From NCBI RefSeq assembly GCF_013149785.1, contig NZ_JABEZU010000001.1, positions 992,001 to 1,056,000 of the forward strand: a DNA stretch of 64,000 nt, given 5' to 3'. The position numbers were made by a program, and so were the translations under genes. Source of the stretch: Isoptericola halotolerans. Lineage in GTDB: Bacteria; Actinomycetota; Actinomycetes; Actinomycetales; Cellulomonadaceae. The stretch's first letter is position 1. Each line of letters starts with the position of its first letter. The notes beneath the pieces are model-generated. The model was not told where the DNA came from. It saw nothing but the letters and a program-made list of their open reading frames with translations, and did no database searches. Below, piece after piece: positions 8,923 through 17,502 of the stretch.

Positions 8923-11334
8923 ATGGACCAGACCCCACGGAGACGACGAGGTCTCCGACTCACCGCGGCGGGTGCGGCAGCGACCATGCTGCTCTCCGCC
9001 CTGATCGCCACGTCGCCGTCGTTCGCCGCGGACGAGGAACTCGTCGTCAACGGCGGTTTCGAGGACGGCACCACCGGGTGGTTCGCCAACGACGGCAACC
9101 CGACCGACGCCGCCGAGCTGACGATCACGTCCGACGCGTACGCCGGCAGCTCCGCCGTGCACACCAGCGACCGGGCCACGACCGGCTCCGGGCCCATGCA
9201 GGACCTGAGCGGCAAGGTGCAGGCGGGGGAGACCTACACCCTGAGCGCCCGGATCCGGTACGACGACGAGGCAGCCCCCGCCACCAAGCAGTTCTTCGCC
9301 ACCATGCACTACGGCGGGACGAGCTACACGAACCTGGTGGACACGGTGGCCACCAAGGGCCAGTGGGCTGCGCTCGAGGGCACGTTCACCGTCCCCGGGA
9401 CGCAGGACGTCTCGACCGCCCGGCTCTTCTTCGAGACGCCGTGGACCAGCGATCCCGGGTCCGACCCGGCGACCCACCTGATGGACTTCGTCCTCGACGA
9501 GGTCTCGGTCGTCGGCGCGCAGCCGCCGCCCCCACCGTCGCGCACGATCGAGGTGCTCGGCAAGGTGCCCGGTGAGAACAACCCGCTGATCTCCCACAAG
9601 TTCGGCGCGGACGCCTTCGGGTTCGTGGACGACGGCCGCGTGTACCTGTACCTGACGAACGACACCCAGGGCTATGCCCCGGACCCGGTGACGGGAGTGT
9701 CGCCCCAGATCAACTACGGCGACATCGACGAGATCACCGTGATCTCCTCCGAGGACCTCGTGAACTGGACCGACCACGGCGAGGTCACCGTCGCCGGACC
9801 GGACGGCGTGGCACCGTTCACCAACAACTCGTGGGCACCGGGCATGGCCAAGAAGACCGTCGACGGCGAGGAGAAGTACTTCCTCTACTACGCCAACGGG
9901 GGCGGCTCCAGCAACGTCATCACCGGGGAGTCACCGCTCGGGCCCTGGACCAGCGAGCGGAGCAGCACGTTGGTCAACGGCGCGACGCCCGGTGTCTCCG
10001 GGGTGGCGTGGCCGTTCGACCCCGCGCCGTTCGTGGACACCGACGGCACGCCGTACCTGTACTTCGGTGGCGGTCCGCCGCCGGCGGCCATGCCGGACGC
10101 GGAGAAGTTCAACAACCCGAAGAACCTGCGGGTGATCGAGCTCGGTGACGACATGGTCTCGACCGTCGGTGCGGCCGAGGTGGTCGACGCCCCGGTGGCG
10201 TTCGAGGCGGCGCACGTCTTCGAGCGGGACGGCCTGTACTACCTGACGTACTCGTCGCACTTCGGTGGCCCCGACTTCGGTGGGTCCCAGACGCCGCTGC
10301 CCGGCTACCCCGGTGGCGGCCAGATCGGGTACATGGTCTCGGACCACCCGGCACAGTTCCCGAAGGAGACCTACGAGGGAGTGCTGTTCCCGAACCAGTC
10401 GCAGTTCTTCGGCGCGGGCACCGGGGGGAACAACCACCAGTCCGTGTTCGAGCTCGACGGGAAGCACTACTTCACCTATCACGCGCCGACGCTGAACAAG
10501 CGCATCAACGGCAGCACCACCCAGGGCTACCGCAGCCCGCACATCCAGGAGCTGGCCTTCAACGCCGACGGGACGATCCAGCAGGTCGTCGGTGACTACG
10601 ACGGTGTCGACCAGGTGAAGGACCTCGACCCGTACCGCGTCCTCGAGGCCGAGACCTTCGCCTGGCAGCAAGGTCTGGCCACGGGTGCGGTCGACGGTGG
10701 GTCGGCCGCGTTCGGTGCCGACGCACCGAACCTCGTCGTCCGGGACGTCGACGACGGTGACTGGCAGGCGCTGTCGTCGGTGGACTTCGGCGGCGACGGC
10801 GCGGCGGAGATCGTCGCCCGTGTCCGTCCGCTCGTGGAGGGTGCGGAGATCGAGGTGCGGCTCGACAGCCGTACGGGGCCCGTCGCCGGGACGTTGGCGC
10901 TCGACGGTCCGGTCGGTGAGTGGGCCGAGATCAGCGCTCCGCTCGACGGCGCCGTCGGGGTCCACGACGTGTATCTCACCTATCGGGGACCGGCCGGCGA
11001 CGACCTGCTCGAGGCCGACTGGTGGGAGTTCACCGAGGCGGGTGCTCCGGCACCGGACGTCGCGGTCGACGTGGACGTCACGGCGCAGTGCGCCGGGGTG
11101 AACGCCCGGCTCGTCGTCGACGTCGCCAACCGTGAGGACGTGCCGGTGTCGGTGGACGTGTCGACGCAGTTCGGCTCCAAGAAGCACCCGCGCCTGAAGG
11201 CGGGTGGCACGATGTCGCGTCCGTTCGCCGCGCACAGCCGCACGCTCGACGCGGGCAGCGTGACCGTGACGGTCGACACGGGTGACCGGGTCGGCACGAT
11301 CGAGGCCGACCACGGTCCGCTGCGCTGCGGCTGA
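8923..11334 (+). CDS. Secreted GH43 arabinoxylan arabinofuranohydrolase (XynD-like) with N-terminal CBM4/9/22-like module and CBM6
   Basis: Signal peptide; VNGGFEDG CBM start; NNPLISHKFGAD, WAP, FDPAPFVD, GGNNHQS; EAET and SSVDFG CBM6 motifs. Confidence 0.88.
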   Translation: MDQTPRRRRGLRLTAAGAAATMLLSALIATSPSFAADEELVVNGGFEDGTTGWFANDGNPTDAAELTITSDAYAGSSAVHTSDRATTGSGPMQDLSGKVQAGETYTLSARIRYDDEAAPATKQFFATMHYGGTSYTNLVDTVATKGQWAALEGTFTVPGTQDVSTARLFFETPWTSDPGSDPATHLMDFVLDEVSVVGAQPPPPPSRTIEVLGKVPGENNPLISHKFGADAFGFVDDGRVYLYLTNDTQGYAPDPVTGVSPQINYGDIDEITVISSEDLVNWTDHGEVTVAGPDGVAPFTNNSWAPGMAKKTVDGEEKYFLYYANGGGSSNVITGESPLGPWTSERSSTLVNGATPGVSGVAWPFDPAPFVDTDGTPYLYFGGGPPPAAMPDAEKFNNPKNLRVIELGDDMVSTVGAAEVVDAPVAFEAAHVFERDGLYYLTYSSHFGGPDFGGSQTPLPGYPGGGQIGYMVSDHPAQFPKETYEGVLFPNQSQFFGAGTGGNNHQSVFELDGKHYFTYHAPTLNKRINGSTTQGYRSPHIQELAFNADGTIQQVVGDYDGVDQVKDLDPYRVLEAETFAWQQGLATGAVDGGSAAFGADAPNLVVRDVDDGDWQALSSVDFGGDGAAEIVARVRPLVEGAEIEVRLDSRTGPVAGTLALDGPVGEWAEISAPLDGAVGVHDVYLTYRGPAGDDLLEADWWEFTEAGAPAPDVAVDVDVTAQCAGVNARLVVDVANREDVPVSVDVSTQFGSKKHPRLKAGGTMSRPFAAHSRTLDAGSVTVTVDTGDRVGTIEADHGPLRCG

Positions 11335-11346
11335 TCGTCCGGTCGA

Positions 11347-11414
11347 CCCTCGCCGAGCAGGAAGTTGGGCCCGCTATTCGTCCGGAATGCGGGCCCAACC
11401 TCCTGTTCGGCAGC
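11347..11414. repeat. REP-like imperfect hairpin, copy 2 (3' of GH43 gene)
   Basis: ccctcgccgagcaggaagttgggcccgc...gcgggcccaacctcctgttcggcagc. Confidence 0.85.
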
Positions 11415-11416
11415 TG

Positions 11417-12820
11417 TCAGGAGCGGGCGACGACGCGCAGGCCACCGCTCCAGCCGGTCCCGGTGCGGACCCGGTCGGTGGAGAGTCGTCCGGTGGTGGC
11501 GAACTCGGCCCACGCCGCTCGCAGCTCTCGGCCGGCCTCCACGAGGTGAGCCGCGCCGTCAGGCCCGACGACGGGAGCCTCGGCCCACCGCTCGGTGTGC
11601 GGGAAGAGCAGGCCGAGCTCGACGGCGTGCGTCGCCCCGAGGGGGTTGCCGACGGGTCGGGCCGTGATCTCGGCGGAGACGACGGCGGCCCCGGCGTCGG
11701 CCATGTCCGTCGCGAAGGTCTTCGCGCCCCGACGGAACAGTGCATCGGTCACCCGGCGGGACACGAGCCGGAACAGCGCCGGACCGACCAGCGGCTTGGC
11801 CCGCAGGGCACGGCCCTTCGGGTCGAGCTGGACGAACGCGCTGCCGTCCTGGGCCATCCACGTGACCAACAGCTCCGTCCCGGGGGCCCGACGCCGCCAG
11901 GTGGCACGGAGCTCGTCCTCCGGGGGCAGCGGCGCCCGCCCGTACTCGGGGGCGAAGGGCATGCCGGAGCGGTCGTTCATGCCGGCGACGGCGGCAGCGG
12001 CGCGGCGTTGGGCGTCGAGGACGTCCTCGACGGCGCCCGTCGGGTCCAGGTCGCCGACCGTGCCGGCCATCCGCTCGTGGATCTCGGTCCGGCCACCACG
12101 GATCCCGAACGGTGCCGACTGGAGGATCGCCCGCTGCACGAGCCCTTCGGTGCCGTCCGCGCCGAGCACGTGGGCGATCAGATCGGCTCCCGCGGACTGG
12201 CCGAGCACCGTCACCCGCTCGGGGTCGCCGCCGAACGCCGCGACGTGCCGGTGGACCCAGCGCAGCGCCTCGACGATGTCGAGCAGCCCGAGGTTCGCCG
12301 TCCGTCCGCCGGGCCGGCCTCCGCCGTCCGGTGCCTCGGGGGAACCGAAGAACCCGAGCGCACCGAGACGGTAGGTGACGTTCACGACGACCATGCCGTG
12401 CTCCCGGCAGAGCGCGGTGGGGTCGTAGCCCGGCAGGTCGCCCGCGCCGGAGACGTAGGCGCCGCCGTGCACCCAGACGAGCACGGGCGCCGGGCCGGTG
12501 AGGTCGGCGGGACGGGTGATGCTCAGGCGCAGGCAGTCCTCGGTGAACGTGGCGCCGGTCAGCTGCGGCCCGTAGACCTCGTCGGCGGCGCTGGGAGGTT
12601 GGGGGCAGGCGAACAGCGTGCGCTGGAGCGCGGCGGACTCGCCCGGGTCGGGGTCCACGGCCTCGGGAGGAGCGAAGCGGTCCGCCCGGGCGTACCGGAT
12701 GTTGCGGACCCGGACGGCGCCGTCGCGACGCAGGGCGGCGAAGGATCCCAGCGGGGTGTCGAGACCGACGGCCTCGCCGACCGGTCCGGCACCGGGCTGG
12801 GTGGTGGAGCTCTGGCTCAT
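11417..12820 (-). CDS. Type B carboxylesterase family protein
   Basis: EDCLRL, VWVHGGAY, YRLGALGF, nucleophile GQSAG, ATHAVEL. Confidence 0.9.
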   Translation of the reverse strand: MSQSSTTQPGAGPVGEAVGLDTPLGSFAALRRDGAVRVRNIRYARADRFAPPEAVDPDPGESAALQRTLFACPQPPSAADEVYGPQLTGATFTEDCLRLSITRPADLTGPAPVLVWVHGGAYVSGAGDLPGYDPTALCREHGMVVVNVTYRLGALGFFGSPEAPDGGGRPGGRTANLGLLDIVEALRWVHRHVAAFGGDPERVTVLGQSAGADLIAHVLGADGTEGLVQRAILQSAPFGIRGGRTEIHERMAGTVGDLDPTGAVEDVLDAQRRAAAAVAGMNDRSGMPFAPEYGRAPLPPEDELRATWRRRAPGTELLVTWMAQDGSAFVQLDPKGRALRAKPLVGPALFRLVSRRVTDALFRRGAKTFATDMADAGAAVVSAEITARPVGNPLGATHAVELGLLFPHTERWAEAPVVGPDGAAHLVEAGRELRAAWAEFATTGRLSTDRVRTGTGWSGGLRVVARS

Positions 12821-12989
12821 GGGACGTCCTCCTCGACGGCGTCCGACCACGATAGCGAACCGACCGGCCGGTATGCCAGAGGTGACGTCGTCGCTGGTCA
12901 CGATCGGCTCCCGATGTCTCCCGGAGCGTTGACTTCCCGAGCGCGGACCTGTTGATATATGGAGCCATCACCATATTTCGGAGGAATAC

Positions 12990-14417
12990 GTGACTCAGCA
13001 GGAAGCTCCCTCGAGACCTCGCTACCGCGGTCGGCACCTGCCGATGGTGGCCGTGGTCATCGCGGCCTTCATCGCCACCGCCCTGGCCTACAGCGGAATG
13101 GTCCTGTTCGGCCTCGAGGTCGCGAACATGGAACCGCTCGAGGCCTACGCGCTCGCGGGCTTCCTCGAGGTGAGCCTGATCGCGGTCGCCCTCATGGCAC
13201 GCAACGCCGCGCTCGAGGGCCGCCCGTACGGCGTGCTGCTGACACTCACCTGGATCCTGTCCGGGACCTCCGGTGTGTTCGCGGCCCTCCACGAGATCGC
13301 CGTCCCGACGGCCAGCACCCCGTACATGGTGGTCTTCCGGTTCGTGCCGCCGCTCGTGGCGGCGATGATGTGGCACCTGGCCCTGGTCGGCGAGCGCCAC
13401 CTCGTCACCGGGCACACGCTCGACGAGCGCCGCCGCGAGCACCGGGTGCACCAGTACGTCACGGCACTGGAGATGTGGCGCGACGCGCGGCTGGACAGCT
13501 CGGGCAGCCGACGCAGCACGAAGAAGATCCGTGCCGCGCACGAGCGGCAGCGCGCGGCCCGTGACCGCGCCCTGAAGCTGCTGACCGTGGAGGACTTCGA
13601 GCGCCGGATGCAGGTGTGGGTCGAGCGCCTGGAGGCCGCAGAGCGCCACGGCAGCCGGCTGGACACGATCGGTGCAAGCTCGGCCAAGCGCGGCACGGCC
13701 CGCGGGACGTTCGCCGTCGAGGACCTGGTGACGGTCGGTGACGACCGCCGCCAGGAGCTTGCCGCCGCCGAGCCCGTCGCCTTCACCCCACCGGTCGCTG
13801 CTGGGCCCGCCCCCGCCCCCGCCCCCGCCCCCGCCGAGGCGGCCCCTGAGACGGACGCGACCGAGCCGGTCGCTGCGGACGGTGCGGAGCCGTTCGCCGA
13901 GGAGTTCGGTGCGGCGCTCGGCGGAGAGCCTGCGGGCACCGACGGCACCGGCCGCGCCGACGACGCGGCCGAGGATCCGGCCGGCGAGGTGCTCAGCGAG
14001 GCGCCGCAGCCGACCGAGCCGCTCCCGGAGACGGGGCACACCCGACGGGTCGAGGCCTTCGGGCTGAACCGCCTCGGTGACCAGGCGGCCACCGGGGCGA
14101 CGCCGCGGGTGCCGACCTGGTCGAACCTGCACGGGACCTCGGAGATCCCGGTGGTCACCGCGAGCGCCCGGGCCGAGGAGGTGGACGCGTCGGGCGAGCG
14201 GCCGGGGGAGACCCTGGCCGACGGCGTGGTCGACGAGCCCACCGCCGGTCGCGACCAGCGCATCCTCGAGCTGGCACGCCAGGGGATGAACCAGCGCGAG
14301 ATCGCCGACGAGGTCCAGGCCTCCCGGTCGACGGTGAGCCGGGTGCTTCGGCGCTACGAGGACCAGAAGCCCGACGCGGACCAGTCGGACGACCAGCTGG
14401 CACTCGCGCCCGCCTGA
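12990..14417 (+). CDS. Membrane protein with DUF2637/Spd-like N-terminal TM domain, long acidic Pro/Ala linker and C-terminal HTH
   Basis: About four TM segments ending in the FVPPLVAAMMWHL motif; C-terminal GMNQREIADEVQASRSTVSRVL HTH; RBS GGAGG. Confidence 0.6.
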   Translation: MTQQEAPSRPRYRGRHLPMVAVVIAAFIATALAYSGMVLFGLEVANMEPLEAYALAGFLEVSLIAVALMARNAALEGRPYGVLLTLTWILSGTSGVFAALHEIAVPTASTPYMVVFRFVPPLVAAMMWHLALVGERHLVTGHTLDERRREHRVHQYVTALEMWRDARLDSSGSRRSTKKIRAAHERQRAARDRALKLLTVEDFERRMQVWVERLEAAERHGSRLDTIGASSAKRGTARGTFAVEDLVTVGDDRRQELAAAEPVAFTPPVAAGPAPAPAPAPAEAAPETDATEPVAADGAEPFAEEFGAALGGEPAGTDGTGRADDAAEDPAGEVLSEAPQPTEPLPETGHTRRVEAFGLNRLGDQAATGATPRVPTWSNLHGTSEIPVVTASARAEEVDASGERPGETLADGVVDEPTAGRDQRILELARQGMNQREIADEVQASRSTVSRVLRRYEDQKPDADQSDDQLALAPA

Positions 14418-14438
14418 CGCTCCCCGGCGCGAGGCCGG

Positions 14439-14489
14439 CCCTCCCGTCCGGAGATCCACGCACCAGGCGTCGATCTCTGGACGGGAGGG
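14439..14489. terminator. Hairpin between convergent genes
   Basis: ccctcccgtccggagatc...gatctctggacgggaggg. Confidence 0.65.
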
Positions 14490-14504
14490 TCGATCCGTGG
14501 TTGC

Positions 14505-16034
14505 TCAGGCGCGGGCGAGCGTCCCCGCGAACGCCGTCCACGACTCCGGGGCCAGCCGGACGGTCGTCGTGCCCTCGGTCGCCTCGAGCACGGTGCTCGT
14601 CAGCTCGACCGTCGACCAGCAGGCGTCGGCGACCTTGGCGGCGTGCTCGGGACCGTGCGCCGCGGCCTCGTGGTCCGCGACCATCCGGTGGCCCTCGGTC
14701 AGCGACAACGACGCCCCGACGTGGGCCAGGTCGACCTCGACGACCTGGTCGGACCGGTTCGTGAGGAACAGCCCGAGCGAGCCGTCGTCGTCGACGGTCG
14801 CCGCCGCCGTGACCGTGGGGGCTGCGCCGTGGCGCTTGCTCTCGTAGGACGGGGCGTCCACGCGGACGTCCAGCGCGGTGCCGCGGGCGAGCCGCGCCGT
14901 CGTCGCGAACGGGTGGAACGTCGGCTGACGCCAGGCCTCGCCGCCCGGCTCGGTCATGATCGGAGCGATGACGTTGACGAGCTGGGCCAGGGCGGCGACC
15001 GGCACGCGGTCGGCGTGGTTGAGGAGCGTCACCATCAGGTCACCGACGACGACGGCGTCGAGCGCCGAGTAGACGTCCTCGATGATCCGCGGTGCGTCGC
15101 GCTGGATCGGGAGGTTCGACTCGCCGGGGAAGCGTGTCTCGAGGTACCAGACGTTCCACTCGTCGAACGAGATGGTGATCTTCTTGTCCGACCGGCGCTC
15201 GGCGCCGACGGCGTCCGCGGAGGCCACGACGCGGTCGATGAACCGGTCCATCGCGGTGCCGGAGGCGAGGAACGAGGCGCGGTCGCCGTCGTGCTCCTCG
15301 TAGTAGGCGTGCATGGAGATGTGGTCGACCAGGTCGTACGTGTACGACAGGACGGTGCGCTCCCACGCTCCGAAGGTGTCCATCTGCATGGAGCTCGACC
15401 CGCACACGACGAGCTCGATCGACGGGTCGACCAGCTTCATGGCCTTGCCGGCCTCGGCGGCCAGCTTGCCGTACTCGTGCGCGTCCTTGTGGCCGATCTG
15501 CCACGGGCCGTCCATCTCGTTGCCCAGGCACCAGAGCTTCACGCCGTAGGGCTTCTCGCGGCCGTTGGCGATGCGCAGGTCTGCCCAGCGCGTGCCGGCC
15601 TCGCCGTTGCAGTACTCGACGAGCGCCGCGGCGGCGTCGACCCCGCGCGTGCCGAGGTTGACGGCCATCATCGGCTCGATGCCCTCGCGCTCGGCCCACT
15701 GCAGGAACTCGTCGGTGCCGACGAGGTTCGGCTCGACGGTGCGCCAGGCCAGGTCGAGGAACGGCTTGCGGTCCTCGACAGGGCCGACGGCGTCCTCCCA
15801 GACGTAGTTGGAGACGAAGTTCCCGCCGGGGTAGCGGACCATCGGCACGCCGAGCTCGTGGATGAGGCCGGCGACGTCGCGGCGGAACCCGTGCTCGTCG
15901 GCCTGCTCGTGGCCGGGTTCGTAGATCCCGGTGTAGACGGCGCGGCCGAGGTGCTCGACGAAGGAGCCGAACAGGCGGCGGTCCACGGCGCCGCGGCGGA
16001 AGTCGGGGTGCAGGGTGATGCGGGCGTCAGCCAT
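14505..16034 (-). CDS. abfA: Alpha-L-arabinofuranosidase, GH51
   Basis: FGSFVEHLGR, RYPGGNF, WCLGNEMDGPWQ, SFDEWNVW, AQLVNVIAPI. Confidence 0.95.
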   Translation of the reverse strand: MADARITLHPDFRRGAVDRRLFGSFVEHLGRAVYTGIYEPGHEQADEHGFRRDVAGLIHELGVPMVRYPGGNFVSNYVWEDAVGPVEDRKPFLDLAWRTVEPNLVGTDEFLQWAEREGIEPMMAVNLGTRGVDAAAALVEYCNGEAGTRWADLRIANGREKPYGVKLWCLGNEMDGPWQIGHKDAHEYGKLAAEAGKAMKLVDPSIELVVCGSSSMQMDTFGAWERTVLSYTYDLVDHISMHAYYEEHDGDRASFLASGTAMDRFIDRVVASADAVGAERRSDKKITISFDEWNVWYLETRFPGESNLPIQRDAPRIIEDVYSALDAVVVGDLMVTLLNHADRVPVAALAQLVNVIAPIMTEPGGEAWRQPTFHPFATTARLARGTALDVRVDAPSYESKRHGAAPTVTAAATVDDDGSLGLFLTNRSDQVVEVDLAHVGASLSLTEGHRMVADHEAAAHGPEHAAKVADACWSTVELTSTVLEATEGTTTVRLAPESWTAFAGTLARA

Positions 16035-16081
16035 GTTTCTCGGTGTTCCTCTACGAACGGGACGGGTGTGCCGCCAATGGT

Positions 16082-16093
16082 TACAACGATGTA
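16082..16093. promoter_or_regulatory. LacI-type operator TACAACGATGTA between divergent abfA and lacI
   Basis: Near-palindrome; same or similar motif occurs three times at 25087-25235. Confidence 0.7.
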
Positions 16094-16175
16094 GAGTGAA
16101 TCACGACACGGGTGTCCGGCACCAGTCCGGTGGCCCGTGGCCTACGCTGTGTGCGACGACGAGGAGGTGTGCCGC

Positions 16176-17270
16176 GTGGCAGTGACCATGCATGACGTGG
16201 CTGTTCAGGCCGGCGTGTCCATCAAGACGGTCTCGAACGTCGTCAACGGCTACCCCCACATCCGGCCCGAGACCCGCCGTCGGGTCCAGGAGGCGATCGA
16301 CGACCTGGGGTACCGGCTCAACACCACCGCGCGGAACCTGCGGACGCGCCGGACCGACATGATCACCCTCGCCGTGCCGGAGCTGTCGCTGCCCTACTTC
16401 GCGGAGCTGGCCGACCGTGTCATCCGGGTCGCGGAGGAGCAGGGTCTGACAGTCCTCATCGAGCAGACCGGTGGCTCCCGCGACCGCGAGGTCGAGGTCC
16501 TCACCGGCAAGCGCCGTCAGCTCACCGACGGCCTGATCTTCTCGCCCCTGGAGCTGTCCCAGGCCGATCTCGACCTGTTCGACGTCGACTTCCCCCTGGT
16601 CGTCCTCGGTGAGCGCGTCTTCGACGCCCCGGCGCACCACGTCACGATGAACAACGTCGCGGCCGCGCGGGCGGCGACCGTGCACCTCGCGTCGCTCGGG
16701 CGGCGCCGGATCGCGGTGATCGGTGCTCACGAGGGCGAGGAGCTCGGCTCGGCGGCGTTGCGGACCGAGGGCTACAAGCAGGGCCTGGCCGAGGCGGGGC
16801 TCCCCTTCGACCCGGCGCTGGTGGGGGAGGCCGGTCTCTGGCACCGGTCCACCGGCTCGGAGACCATGGGGCGCATGCTCGACGACGGCGTGGACGTCGA
16901 CGCGGTCTTCGCGCTCAACGACGCGATGGCGCTCGGTGCCCTGCACGCCCTGCACGCCCGCAGCCTCGACGTACCGGGCGACGTCGCGCTCATCGGGTTC
17001 GACGACATCGACGACGTGCGCTACTCCGTCCCGACGATCAGCTCGGTCGACCCCGGCAGCGCGCAGATCGCGAAGGTCGCGGTGGACCTGCTCGTGGAGC
17101 GCCTCACCGCACCGGCCGACCACGGCTACCGCCGTGTGGTGCCGGCGTCGCGCGTCGTCGGCCGCGAGTCCACGGGTGACGTGGCCGAAGGGGCGCCGGA
17201 GCGCGTGGTGGCGGAGCTCGACGGTGGCGTCGAGCAGATCTCCTCCGCCGCGCTCGGACGGACCGCCTGA
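16176..17270 (+). CDS. LacI-family regulator of the arabinan cluster
   Basis: VTMHDVAVQAGVSIKTVSNVVNG HTH, IGFDDI; RBS GAGGAGG. Confidence 0.93.
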   Translation: MAVTMHDVAVQAGVSIKTVSNVVNGYPHIRPETRRRVQEAIDDLGYRLNTTARNLRTRRTDMITLAVPELSLPYFAELADRVIRVAEEQGLTVLIEQTGGSRDREVEVLTGKRRQLTDGLIFSPLELSQADLDLFDVDFPLVVLGERVFDAPAHHVTMNNVAAARAATVHLASLGRRRIAVIGAHEGEELGSAALRTEGYKQGLAEAGLPFDPALVGEAGLWHRSTGSETMGRMLDDGVDVDAVFALNDAMALGALHALHARSLDVPGDVALIGFDDIDDVRYSVPTISSVDPGSAQIAKVAVDLLVERLTAPADHGYRRVVPASRVVGRESTGDVAEGAPERVVAELDGGVEQISSAALGRTA

Positions 17271-17502
17271 CCGGACGCACCGCCTGACCGGACCTGTCGG
17301 CTTCCGCGGGGCACGGCTGCCCGGCCGTCGTCTGGTCGCCTGATCTCACGCTGCCGCGGTGTCCCGTGCCCTCGTCTGCAACTTGCTGTACGTTTACATA
17401 CGGCTTGCAGGCGTGTTTCCCTCGCCGCGCGAGCCGTCGACCCCGACGACGACGCCGGGGCACCCGGGTCCGACGGAGGGCCCCCGACGAAGGAGCGCAG
17501 CG

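Noticed and set aside
13805..13835. GCCCCC microsatellite as a phase-variation tract
   Set aside because: In-frame hexamer encoding a Pro-Ala linker; copy-number change would not shift the frame
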